From positions 56,956,788 to 57,020,787 of the forward strand of contig CM120640.1 of the NCBI GenBank assembly GCA_051362555.1: a stretch of DNA of 64,000 nt. Direction: 5' to 3'. Shown piece after piece: positions 13,614 to 25,445 of the stretch. The first letter of the stretch is position 1, and the number at the start of each line of letters is the position of its first letter. Both the position numbers and the translations under genes were made by a program. The stretch is from Lingula anatina (taxonomy: Eukaryota > Animalia > Brachiopoda). The notes under the pieces were generated by a model. That model was not told where the DNA came from, did no database searches, and saw only the letters and a program-made list of their open reading frames with translations.

Positions 13614-14041
13614 TATCAGGCATCCCACAAGATTCGCTGCAATCGTCACAGTTAGCACAATGCGTGGTCTGCAATGAGCAATGCGTGGCACACCTGCTGC
13701 AATAGATGCTCCTTGGCTATTCGCTGTTTACTGCGGACTAGTTCTTGAGGGTATTTCCGTGTTGTTCCTTTCTCATCCTCTTTTTGGTTCTTAATTCAGT
13801 AATCATTCGAGTAGTTAGAGTCATGTAAGGAGCTGTTTTTGTGCTTTTGCAGATGGATTAATGAAAGGCTCCAGGAGTAGAATATTGATTTTAAACAACT
13901 TGAATCTTAGAATTTACTTGACGGTCGTGTGGGAAGAGTGAGTCATTGAATTCTGACAATACTTACCCTTTACGAGTACAAATAGATCTACAATTGTTAG
14001 TAGACATTTAATAGGCGTGAAGAATCTACAAAGGAAAGATA

Positions 14042-15980
14042 ATGGCGCTTATGGAATTTTTTGGTTGTACATTTATTGCGTTCGGGCCTCCTCTGGCATT
14101 GTTCTTATTCACCATTGCCAGGGATCCACTCCGTGTTATCATCATGATGGCAAGGTATCAGTTTTTTTGTCTCTGAATCTTTTGTCATAGTTCAGTCTCT
14201 CTTATTTAAAACGTACTTCACATTGCATAGGTATAGTATTCAAAATGAGGACTCATTAAATGAAGTGTATCAAGTAAAATTGGTTTTCAAGTACAGTAAT
14301 GTTGTTCTCATACAAGGTATGACCAATACGTTTTCAACTGTCTTTGTAGATTTAAACAATTTTATATTTTTCTCTTAGCTCCTTTTTCTGGCTGTTGTCC
14401 TTGCTTGTGTCCTCCTTGCTGTGGTTTGCTGTTGTCCCATTGAGACAGCAGCTGGCCTTTGGAGTGGTATTCTCAGTATTATTCCAAGAATTGTTCAGAT
14501 TCTTATTCTATAAATTACTCTGGTAAGTTGTATCTGTTGCTTTATTTTTGGAGATTGATTTGATTAAGATTATCTTTTCGGTTTTCATTTGCATAAGTGC
14601 GTTGTTATATAATTAAAGAGTATTCTGATGTTCTGACAGAAAAAAAGGAGGAAGATGTTACAAATGTGATTTTTTATACAGCTTTTAATGCCTTTTGGTA
14701 CTAAATGCACTGCATTTGTAAGGCTATATTCTGTGGTTTACACTTATTTGGATTTACAGTGAAAATTTATTTCATTGCAATGGTGGCACAAATGTTTAAT
14801 ATAAATTTTTCTCATACCACGTGATTGTTGAAACAGAGAGATGTTATTGATTTTGATGAACATTTTTTTACTTAATTATTGTTAACAGCAAAGCAGATGA
14901 AGGTTTGAAGAAAGTCGGAGAACAAGAAGAAGAATCATTAAGTTTGGTCAGGAATAAACATGTGCTGGCTTATGGTAAATATTAATTTTAATCAATTTTC
15001 TTTTATATTTTTGTATAAGAAATGAAAGTTTATCTTTCAGTCATCAATTACATTACCAGCATCTTAAGCTAGTATTTTACATACTAAAAGTTGTATTAAT
15101 TTTTTCTTACAGTGTCAGGACTTGGGTTTGGAGTGATAAGTGGTGCTTTCTCTTTGGTAAATGTTCTGGCAGACATGTCTGGGCCAGGAACTATAGGGCT
15201 AAATGGGGAGTCTGAGTACTTCTTCATTACTTCAGGCAAGTATAGTGGCTAACACGTGTCACCAAGACTGGGGTCCTATACCTAGATTGATCTAACAGGA
15301 TTGATCCATCTCCAAGGGGTTTCTCGCTAAATTGCTTTCAGCTTAAGCGGCTTAGATGCCTGGCACCCCTACTGTAGCTGCTAAACGATAACTAATTACC
15401 CCCTAGCAGCTTCAGTAGGCTTGACAGACATCTAAGCCGCTTAAGTTGGTTGCAGTTAAGTGAGAGTCCACAGTTACTATGATAGGGTCTGGAAATGGTC
15501 ATTTACATTCGAGAGTGGATGTATTGAATACAGAAATAATCTTTAGTTAGTTAACCTATTTAGAAACTTAAGTGTGTTTGCAAAATGAATGAGATGGAAC
15601 AGTGACAAGATTTTGCCGGTAATATGAAATTATATAGACCCTTTATATGTAGTGCTATATGTACAACTTATCAGTATAGACAGAACTAGGTGCCAGTTAT
15701 CATTATCACTGCTAACAGGTTTTATGTTTGATTCCATAGCATTCCTGACCCTGGCCTTCATATTTCTGCACACATTCTGGGGAGTTGTGTTCTATGCTGC
15801 CTGTGACAAGAAGAGCTATGTGGGGATTGCGGTGGTGATCCTGTCTCACATGCTGGTCTCATGTCTGGTAAGAATTGTGGTAGTTGTACTATACAGCACA
15901 ATAGACAACTAAATGCATGTTCATTAGGTTCATCTCCATGACTTGGTATTTTATAAGTTTTGTTTATTTAACATGCACTG

Positions 15981-16079
<99 letters not shown>

Positions 16080-16506
16080 GCAAAGATGATTATGCAAAAC
16101 AATGTCTGGTATAGTGAGCATATTAAGGATTTTGTTATTATGAGTGTGCATGTAAGAATTCTTAAATACGTGGGCACACATTGAATTTTTTTTAGTCTTG
16201 TGTAAAAATTTCAAATATGAAAGCATACCATAACACACACTGTGACACGCATTATATGCAGCAGCATAAGAACACATTTGATGCACTTTTTTGTGCAGAG
16301 AAAATAAAAATGACTTTATACTTACTTTGTTTCAGACCTTGTTAAACCAGATGGACAATCCCCCCTATGCTGGGACTGTAATTCCAGCGTATATAGTATT
16401 GCTTGCTATGGGAATGTGGGCTTATTACACTGCTGGGGGCTCCTTGAAGAATATCAAAGCTTTCTTTGGTTCTTTGTGGAGAAAGCCTGAAGGATACAAC
16501 CTATAA
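14042..16506 (+). CDS. APH1: Gamma-secretase subunit APH-1, complete, 254 aa, 6 coding exons
   Basis: Exons 14042-14154, 14379-14522, 14889-14974, 15113-15235, 15740-15867 and 16336-16506. They give MALMEFFGCTFIAFGPPLALF..RDPLRVII, FFWLLSLL, SVLFQELFRF, KADEGL, AYVSGLGFGVISG (GxxxG), LHTFWG and SHMLVS. Intron 4 is GC-AG. Confidence 0.97.
15270..15488. mobile_element. Palindromic MITE family 1, copy 1 (APH1 intron 4)
   Basis: Hairpin arms CTTAAGCGGCTTAGATG..CCTACTG.AGCTGCTA / TAGCAGCTTCAGTAGG..CATCTAAGCCGCTTAAG; related to four other copies in the window. Confidence 0.85.
15985..16079. repeat. Compound (TC)n(TA)n microsatellite
   Basis: Directly visible in APH1 intron 5. Confidence 0.98.
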
Positions 16507-18062
16507 ACATACTGGATAGTTTCTGTCAAAGGGAAATGCTGCCATTAAATTTTTCAGTTGATGTTCAATATTTTCCACATGAAAGTGAGTGTAGACTGGC
16601 AATGGGGTTTGTGTAACGTTACCTTGGAATGGATGCGTGAATAGAATGTACATATTGATAGTGTATTATATAACCAGGGATTTCTTCACTGTGTCTATAA
16701 CTAGTTTAACCAAATTGCAGAAAATGAAAGGAAAACATGCTCTTATGAATTCAGAAGGTAGTTTCTTATTGTAACCTGTGTTATTATTTGACCTTAGCGT
16801 GTTTTGCAAACTGTCCCTTTTAAAGCTAGAAATCAAAACAAATGTCTGTACAAATATGTTGTTGGATCTTGAGCACAACAAGAATATTTTGTTGTAGCAA
16901 CATCCAAGACATTAAAGCATCTGGTATGCAACCCATTCTGTAGTAAAAGAACATGTGTTTGTAATAAACCATGTCAGCAAATTATGACATTTACTACCAT
17001 GGTTATTAGATACCCACTTTCATTGTTTGTTTCAAGGTAAAACTTGTCGTCTTTTTCTTTTTTTTTTTTTTGTGACATTTTGACATGTAGTTAATACAAT
17101 AAGTACCCTGTGTTTCTGGTTTTAAACACCAGGTACTCCAGTACTGCTGGACACTAAACCAAAATATTTAAATACTTAATTCATCTTATCATACTGTAAG
17201 GTATATTTAAAATATATACATCATCTTCACGTTGCAAATAATATTGCAACTCGCTAAAACAGTTTTTGATAATTTATTATTTAAAAAAGCATATAGCACA
17301 TTAGCTTGCGCATTAAATTTTACTGTTAATATTTGGAAAACCAAAATACACAGTTAAGCATCTATGAAGATGACACAATAAATGTAAAATGCAAATAAAT
17401 ATTTTTTCCAGAAAAGCTGGGTTTGATTATTATTTAACAAAATAAGGGCACATATCTTGCATTCTTTCCATCAGAGTTTCTTCTCTTTCTCCTTGACTTT
17501 ATTTCTGTATTTTAAATTCAGTTCTTTGTTTGACAATATCTCCGTCTACATGTACTATCCATCGTCCATATTTCATTGTAGATATGTGATTGTGTTGCTG
17601 AGATTGAACCTTTTTGGTAATGACTTTTTCTTGAAAAGTACTCTCTCATTGACTTTTGCTTGAGTATTTACATATGAATATTATTTTACAAAATGAAGAA
17701 GTTGCACCATTTCTCATCTGGTAAAGGGGAATTCGGTGTGCACAAAAAAAGCGATATATTTTTGATCTGAAGTTGTTATTGGTTATGATTATGCGCATGC
17801 CTAATTAGTCAAAACTTAAACTAAATATATTTGAACATGAAGTGTGTTGGGTACAATTCCCAATATGTAACCAAAAATATAAACACTTGTCTTTAAAACT
17901 ATACTTGCGGCTTCGGGATCGTGAATTCCCTATCAAAGTTATTTTAATTCTCAATTACATTGCTAATTTTAGAAAGCGATTGAACGCTACAGTTCTTCTG
18001 GTTTACATTTAGACAAGATTTTTAATAACGCGGACATGGCAATGTGGGTGCACGTTTCTTAA

Positions 18063-18327
18063 TGACGTAGGTTACGCCTATAAATAGTGGAGAACTCGCA
18101 CAATTCGCCAGTTTTGTGACTTTTTTGCTCAGCACTGATATCTGACATCGTTACATATCAACAGGATAAATAGTAGACATATTTCAGGTCATCTATTTTT
18201 TGAAACAATAGTATTGACTTGTAGCAGATTGCATGCAGGACTACCGCACATCTTCATAAAAGAGATTCGCGGAACAACTCCTTAGGACTACCTAAAGTGA
18301 TCAGAGAAGGTGTACATACGTCTAAAG
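18063..18327 (+). promoter_or_regulatory. Putative promoter and non-coding first exon of BRICHOS gene A
   Basis: CRE-like TGACGTAG at 18063, TATAAATA at 18079 and a strong donor AAG|GTAAGA at 18327. The ATG exon of gene A starts with an acceptor (TTTCTTTACAG, 21346) and so needs an upstream exon. Confidence 0.6.
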
Positions 18328-19184
18328 GTAAGAAAATGTGTACGATAGACAGTAAAACAGATAATATGTTTTGGTATTTTATATATAATATTTAGTATTA
18401 TAAAAAATTATTTTATTTGAAAAAGCTGTGTATCGGGTGCTTACTGGCAACGCGCCTTTTAACTAAGTATCCTTGGTTTTTACCCCATTGCTGAGCTGAT
18501 TGCACCAAAAAAACCTGACCATAAGACCTAACCAAAAAGACATCTAGAATGAAGGGGAAGAGAGCATTAGGATATCTTTTATATCTTGAGTTTGGTTTTG
18601 TCTGAGTCCTTATTTTCTTTAAGGTCCGTAAATGAGTGTGGTGTAGAAGTGGTTTTTCTCATGTATCCGCCTCTGACATTAAATTAAATTAAATCAAATT
18701 AAATCATTTCAAACTCAATTATGTAATATATAATCATTTTGAATTAGTCTGCACAGTAGGCCTATCAAGGAAAGCTTATTTATACTCTGTTTGAATATGC
18801 AGATTCCGTCACGCAGCGCCCGGCAAGACGATTATTGACATTTCTTGATCAACATTACAACACGCACAGTCGTTCATGTATGTAGTTAGTTTTTGTCTAA
18901 CCAAAGGCATTCAGCAATTCTCTGACCGTGTTTATTTTCTTTTTACGGAGCCTCGCCCAGAAAGCACGAACAAAAGAGATACTAGAGATGGCTGCGCTTT
19001 TGCACCTGACCTACGCACAAGGCTAGAAAAACAATACGCCACTGCTTCTTCGTTTTCATATTGGTATCAAGTCGATAGCAAAAACATGATGCGTCATTCA
19101 GTTTAAAAAAGTGACTGAATCAGGAACGACATCAGTTGTACACCTACAGGTATCTATACTAGTAGGTAACTGAGGTAACACTAA

Positions 19185-19410
19185 GGGTGCTTTCCCAGAG
19201 ATTTAGATCGATCTAAAGATTAAGATTTAGATCGACCTAACTCCCTGGGGGTTCACGCTAAATTGCAGTCAGCCGAGCGGGCACCATAGTTAATTACCCC
19301 CTTACAGCTTTTAGTAGGCGGGACAGACGCTTAAGCCGGCCAAGCTGACAGTAATCTAGTGAGACTCCCCACAGGGATAGATCGGTCTAAAAACCAATGG
19401 AAATGGGGTG
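19185..19410. mobile_element. Palindromic MITE family 1, copy 2
   Basis: TTCCCAGAGATTTAGATCGATC ... GATAGATCGGTCTAAAA..TGGAAAT; very similar to 61627-61840. Confidence 0.85.
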
Positions 19411-19672
19411 TAAGCTACCACCTGCTCAGACCGATAGATACATATCTGTTCGTATTGATAAATATAATTGCTCAGTGACATTTAAGCCATTTTTTTTAAT
19501 ATTTAGAAAGTAAGAGGTAACGGAATGCTATTCGACAATCACTTGTCCATGTTAATCTCTATTCTATGAGAAATTAAGGACAGGGCCTGAACAGACGTCT
19601 GTTACTCGTTTGGAACGACCGGATAGTCGGGTCACTGGGGTAAGGTTGTTTGAAAGTAGGTCAGTGTGTTAG

Positions 19673-19890
19673 TTCCCATCCCCATACCTAGAACGATCTA
19701 CCAGGATCGACCCATCTTCGGGTTTCTCGCTTAATTGATTTCTCACTAAATTGCTTTCAGCTTAAGCGGCTTAGATGTCTGACACGCCTACTGAAGCTGC
19801 TAAACGATAGTTAATTACCCTCTAACAGCTTCAGTAGGGGTGCCAGATCAGAGCCGCTTATGCTGAAAGCAATTTAGTGAGAAACCCCTC
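19673..19890. mobile_element. Palindromic MITE family 1, copy 3
   Basis: TTTCTCACTAAATTGCTTTCAGCTTAAGCGGC ... GCCGCTTATGCTGAAAGCAATTTAGTGAGAAA; most similar to copy 1. Confidence 0.85.
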
Positions 19891-21364
19891 GCACCAGGAA
19901 AACACGCTTATTGCGTATTTTAGAGTCAAAATCCTGTAAACGGTTCCGTCATTTTTTTTAGTTGTATCAAGTTTAGCCAACTTATCGCCTGTTTAACTAA
20001 GTTAGTGTGTATGGTTATTTTACGTGGCGGCCTGTCAACAATAAAGTTATAAGACGGCAGTGATGATCGCAGATATCAAAAAGGAGGTAGATAATTTTTG
20101 TCAGTTCTCCACCCCCCTACCTGCTGTGGGGAGACATTTGGAGATTTCATACACGTAGGAGTACTCTGCGCTACTTCTGTAAGCCTTAGATAAATTTTTT
20201 TTCCTCTTTTGGTAAGGCAAGGGACCGGTATCCCCTGTATGCTATTGTTAAAGTTAATATGCAGTCGTAGGGTCACTGTATGGTTAGCAATGTGTTCTAT
20301 ACACATTGTAGTTTTATATTGCAATATTGTGAACAAAATCCTCGAAAAATTCTTTAAAAATTCTAGCCCGGTATTGCAAAGTATAACATCGTTTTTATTA
20401 AACTCCGTTCACTTACACTCCCAGATTTCCGAGGCACTCTCAGTCATAATCTTTCTATTAGGCTCTCGTTCACCATCAGTCCCGCCTATACGACTTCCAA
20501 CTCTGGGGCGGAGGGGGGGGGGGCTATCACGTAGTAACTCACCGCAACTGAAACATCATGCTTTGTTAATCAATGGCTTGTGACAGCATGTTCTGCAGAA
20601 TATGGCAGACAATCCATCAAATATTTGAACAAGTGAATAATAAATGTCCGAGTGTGATAAGCGACGTATTGACATCATATTAGGATATATTTCTTGTTAC
20701 GAAATCATCGGGGAATATGCTGATGTCGCGTGTCAGTTTTAATCTTTGTAGTTTGACTCTAAATGCTCAAAAGATTTTCCGATTTCGGTAATGGTGTATG
20801 CATTTGATCTTAATGTCATTTGTTGTTAGATGCTAATGTCATGAAAAGTTAATTAGATTACGCTAACCTTTAACTAGGTATTGAGTTTCTGCAACAATTA
20901 AGGGAAAGGTTAGTTGCTTTTAGGACCCTGGACGTTTGCATATATTGCATGCGCATGCAGGCCCCTGCCTTTGGTCTTTGAATGAAAATGGCACGTTTTG
21001 GGTAAATATATCGAACATGTAGCAAGTCCTGTGATATATCCTTTTCTTACTACGATTTGCAGTACCTTTCAACTTGGGCGGGCGTCTGTTGATACAAACG
21101 AGTGAAGTAGGTATTTTATGACGGGAAACACACGTGAAACTGCCACGTGGTGTAGAACTGTAATTTCTTAATTACACTTTGTGTAACAATTCCAGACCGA
21201 GAAACATATGTAACTCTCGTTTTGGTGGGCTGGGCTCTTAAAATTGCTTCTTTGGTTTCAAGTTAACAAAGTATATCTTATCGTTTTAGGTTTGTCGCTT
21301 ATTATCAGAGTTGATGAAAACTAAAAGCTTTTATTTTTCTTTACAGAAATCACCACAGTCCACG

Positions 21365-23835
21365 ATGCGGCAGGTCATCGTGTTGTTTGCCTTTTGGATA
21401 TGTGCAGTGTTCAGTGTACGGACGGTGAGTGGTCCATTTAATAATCTTAACCAAAATTGACGTTGAAAGAAATCATTTTCAATGTCCTTTTGAGAACCGA
21501 TAGAATTTTGATAATAATGCAAAGGTACAATGTAGAAAAATTTTAAACTCCAATGTAAACTTCGACTTTATCAGAAACGCTTAAAAAGATTCTTTTCTTC
21601 TATATATATATTTAACAAGTGAAAACAAATAAAATATTGAAAAACGAAAACAAAGGGATTCAATTGAAAATTTACTTTTCCAAATGTAAAAATCTAACGA
21701 CCATTTGGTAGATATTTTGTTCAGATGCGACATTTTTTGCAAAGTTGTGGTTGTGTCTTATCTATAAACGTTATTATTCTATAATTGCCATTGTATCTAT
21801 ACGCCTTTCACACGCTGGGACACCGTAGGTGGACCATTGTTTAATAGGGTGTTGACTAGTATTGCGTCTTACTGAATTTGGACCTGCTGATCTATCACTA
21901 ATGTAGTATTGAGAGAAACAAATATGATTGCTTTTTTCAGTTTTTTCTAATTTGCTGTTCAGATAATTACACTTTTAAATACGAGAAAAATGTTTCGTTA
22001 AACTGTAATCTGTTAATCACAAACGTTCACTGTACAAATATTTCTTAACTTCAAGCAAAACTACACTTATGACATATCAGCGGTGTTTTAAAATTCAAAT
22101 TCACTTTGACTTATGTTGTCAAGAAAACTATTTCCTTGCATAAGCACACGATTTAGCTTTATCATCCCATTAGTGGAATTAATAGCAAACATGTTGCTAC
22201 AGTGTTTGGTAAAAATGGGGATTCCTACCATTTTTTCACTAAAGCCATTAATCCAAATGAGGTGAACACGGCTATACATTTTCATCGTACTTTTCAAAAA
22301 TCTTGTTTCAGATAAAATGACAAATATAATTTTTATATAACCTCTAATTACACCTTTACGTCAAGTGGCATCTTTTGTAAAATATGAAATTATTTAAGGA
22401 AGGCTGTGTTTATAATTCAATCGGTATTGAACGCAATGAAGTAATCAGATTTATGTAGTTACCGGTTTACACAACGCACCCTACGGTGAATGATAATAAT
22501 GCATCTTATTGGCTTTTAGCGGCCGCCTATGGTCAGTTTTGAACTGAATGGAGAACCCTACTACATCTACGTCGAGAAAGACAGAGCACACAAACTGATG
22601 GTCATGCCAGAGACTAAAGATTGTGACAGGACCATTATTTTCCACGATTTTCTGGGGGTAAGGTAAAAGATGGGCTGGTGGCCAATGTGCCGGTGGTTTA
22701 TCTCTGGGATTTGTAAACAGTGTTTGACTGAACGGTCAGAAAAAAAGGGGGGGGCAGAAAGAATTTATATTGATGACGATATCTGATCCAATAACGGCCA
22801 CGTACTAACGTACTAACAAGCAATATGCAAAGTATTTACCTACTAGGACTAAGTAAAACGTGAACTATCTGACCTAAACAAAAGATTTGACTACAAGCAA
22901 TGTTTTTTTTCTTTCAGAACAAGACTATTTATAAAGACGTCACAGCGGAAACTTGTTTCGTTTCCCCATTATATAGGGACGTCGTAGACAAAGTAGCGGT
23001 TATTTTTAAGGCAGTAACTCCGCAATATGTGAGTAATTAAGTGCAATTTTTACATAATAGAATTTGTTAGACATTTGTTCATGGCGGTGAAATCATGCCC
23101 GCAGGAAATAAAATGATGGTTCAGTGCTGAGTCAAATTTTAGCTAGGACTCAAAAATGGTTCTATTTCTTAAAGATAAACGTAAGCTACATTAAAAGAGA
23201 ATAACCGCACCAAAAACTGATTTCATACGCAGATTGAGTTGGGATGCTAGGTGCGCCTCTCACCGGGAGCCATCAGCATTAGACATCAGAGAGTCATGAA
23301 ATGTGGCACGTAAATTGTTTCTTTTATACTTGGAATCTTGATTTGTGTAATTTACTATCGTAACACACATTGTTCTGTCTATCAAAACAGCATGAAACTG
23401 TACAAAATTAGTAAGCATTAGGGTTTTGATGGAAATCTTGTAAAAAAAAAATTGGGTTTAGTGTTGTAAATGGAAGTTTCAAATTCCGCCCTGTTTAATA
23501 AACTATCCAGACATTTAAGAAAGAGAGGGAGAGAGAGTGGTGATTGTACTCAAAATAAAATATCACACTCCATTTTTCATTAGGCAGTGGAAAATACTCC
23601 CGCAATAATTCTACTGAGGGAAAGAAGGATGGATGCCAATGAAATAACTTCTCTGGGAAGGATGGCTTTCCTATGTAGAAACTATGCCACATTTTGGGTT
23701 CGACGGAATACTCCAAAGGAAGGGATACGTTTCTCCGAGAAAGGCATTGACACCGATTCCGGGATTGTCATCGGAAGAGTTTTTGCCGAAACCGCAAATG
23801 TTCCACTCAGATTTGCCAGTAGCTGGACCTCCTGA
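21365..23835 (+). CDS. Secreted BRICHOS-domain protein A, 186 aa
   Basis: Exons 21365-21424 (signal MRQVIVLFAFWICAVFSVRT), 22520-22657 (..KDCDRTIIFHDFLG), 22918-23028 (NKTIYKDVTAETCFVSPLYRDVVDK..) and 23584-23835 (..SLGRMAFLCRNYATFWVRR..GIVIGRVFAET..). All introns are phase 0 GT-AG. It has the BRICHOS hallmarks HDF (conserved Asp), YK..C-F and LG....C...T.W. Confidence 0.9.
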
Positions 23836-25022
23836 AGCTTTTATTCGGAACGCCTAATGATTTTATAACAGAGACTATGAAGACACGCAACACATGAGGA
23901 GTTGAATTTCTTTGCCCAAGCTACGTCTTTCTGATCGCCTACGCGTGAAACTTATATTTATGAACAATTTTATGTTTTGCTGCACACTAACTGTGGCAGA
24001 AAATGGGATCTAAACTATTTTGTGAGACGATATCTCTGTCTCTTCCGCTGGCAAATGTCTGTGATATAAGAACATTTAAAAAGAAACAAATAATAAATCT
24101 TTTCTTTTGAAAAATCAAATGGAGAGCAGACTTCACATAGCCTCTCGCTCAAAAAGCGGTTAAGTTTTGCTTAAGTTCCGCTTTTTTTACAGAGATCACT
24201 TCAAATAATGGTGTTAAAGTTTTTTGTATTTATTTCAATTATTTGTAATACATGTAGTCTTACCAAATAATCTTGGTCATTTAAAACTGTGCGGTAATAA
24301 TACCCAATGGTCCATTGTAGGATGTTTAGATAGCCCCAAGAAAATAGTATTACATGTAAAAGTTAAACATATTCTTGTCGGTCATTGACGGTATTTTGAC
24401 AAACGTACAGCACACTATTTTTATTTCTTTTATTCGTTGCACGTCTCTGCTGGTTTCACACGTTTCTGACTTGTATAAGGAACACAGAGAGGAACATCAC
24501 ATCAAATTAACAATTAACCAGCAGAGAATAATTTGAAATGGCACCTTCTTTGATCCATGGATTTCAAAATTAGCTTTTGAACTTTATATTGTTGTCTCTG
24601 ATAGCGACATGCAACGGGAATGTTAGTTTTACTATGACCATTATTTACTGGTTCACGTGCACAATGACAGAAAAACGAAGTAAAAAAGGTCAAAGCATAC
24701 TGAGAAAACCACGCCTCATATCCGGTCATGTGAATACAGCCTTTGTTTCTGAGCCAAGACAAGTTGGCACTAATTTCCTAAGGTAATTAAATGAGAAGAA
24801 ACATAAACAGAGTTTTTAGTTATGTCAGCAGTAGCAGTAATAAATGTTATCTGAACAATATAAGATTCATTTATACTACGTTTAATCTTAGAATCCGGTG
24901 TCGTAGCATTCGTACGTAATCTAAATTGTAGAATAAAATGTAATTTTTTTAATTGTTTATTTCGCAAGTTTAGGCCACCAGCCTATATTACATTACAGTT
25001 ACAGGAGTCAAATTTTTTCATT

Positions 25023-25445
25023 CTATATATCCGTAAGCTTGAAGCACTCATACACATACACTGACAAGTTTGTTAAGAGAGTAGCATCTTCAGATTTCAT
25101 GAGCTTGTTAAAGTTGAATACGTTTGCCTGAATGCTGGTGTAACGTGATCTAGAGAGTCCCCCATGATAGAGGGTCCGCTTCCCATTCATTTGTACAGGT
25201 AAGCCTCGCCCTAGATTTTGATCCACTTAGGTCAGGCTGACCCTAACCATTAAAATTAAATGGAGGTGTGACACGGACCCTCAGTTTCGTAACACTGGGA
25301 ATATATGCATGTATATGGCTCTATAGCCATTATACCATGGACACACAAGCACGAAATGGTACTCGTCCTCTATATGTGCTTCTTTATAAGCATTGCAGCA
25401 ATAATTACAACATCTAAATTCAGGATCTATGGGGCCATTCAGAAT
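25023..25445 (-). mobile_element. 3' fragment of a non-LTR retrotransposon (RTE-X/L2-like C-terminal zinc knuckle), decayed
   Basis: The minus strand encodes CNYCC..IEDEYHFVLVCPWYNGYR and, after an insertion, VFNFNKLMKSEDATLLTNLSVYVYECF, the typical ORF2 end of such LINEs. Confidence 0.75.
25139..25294. mobile_element. Short solo-LTR-like insertion within the LINE fragment
   Basis: 156 bp with termini TGTAACG...CGTAACA, flanked on both sides by CTGG (4-bp target-site duplication), with an internal ATTAAA. Confidence 0.65.

Noticed and set aside
20076-20583. Overlapping 86- and 124-aa ORFs
   Set aside because: No recognisable motifs. They lie in the inferred first intron of BRICHOS A and probably derive from an unidentified repeat.
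14042-23835. Functional link between APH1 (amyloid-generating gamma-secretase) and the adjacent anti-amyloid BRICHOS genes
   Set aside because: Adjacency alone is weak evidence in animal genomes. These BRICHOS proteins lack a transmembrane substrate helix, and ITM2B is cut by SPPL2 rather than gamma-secretase.
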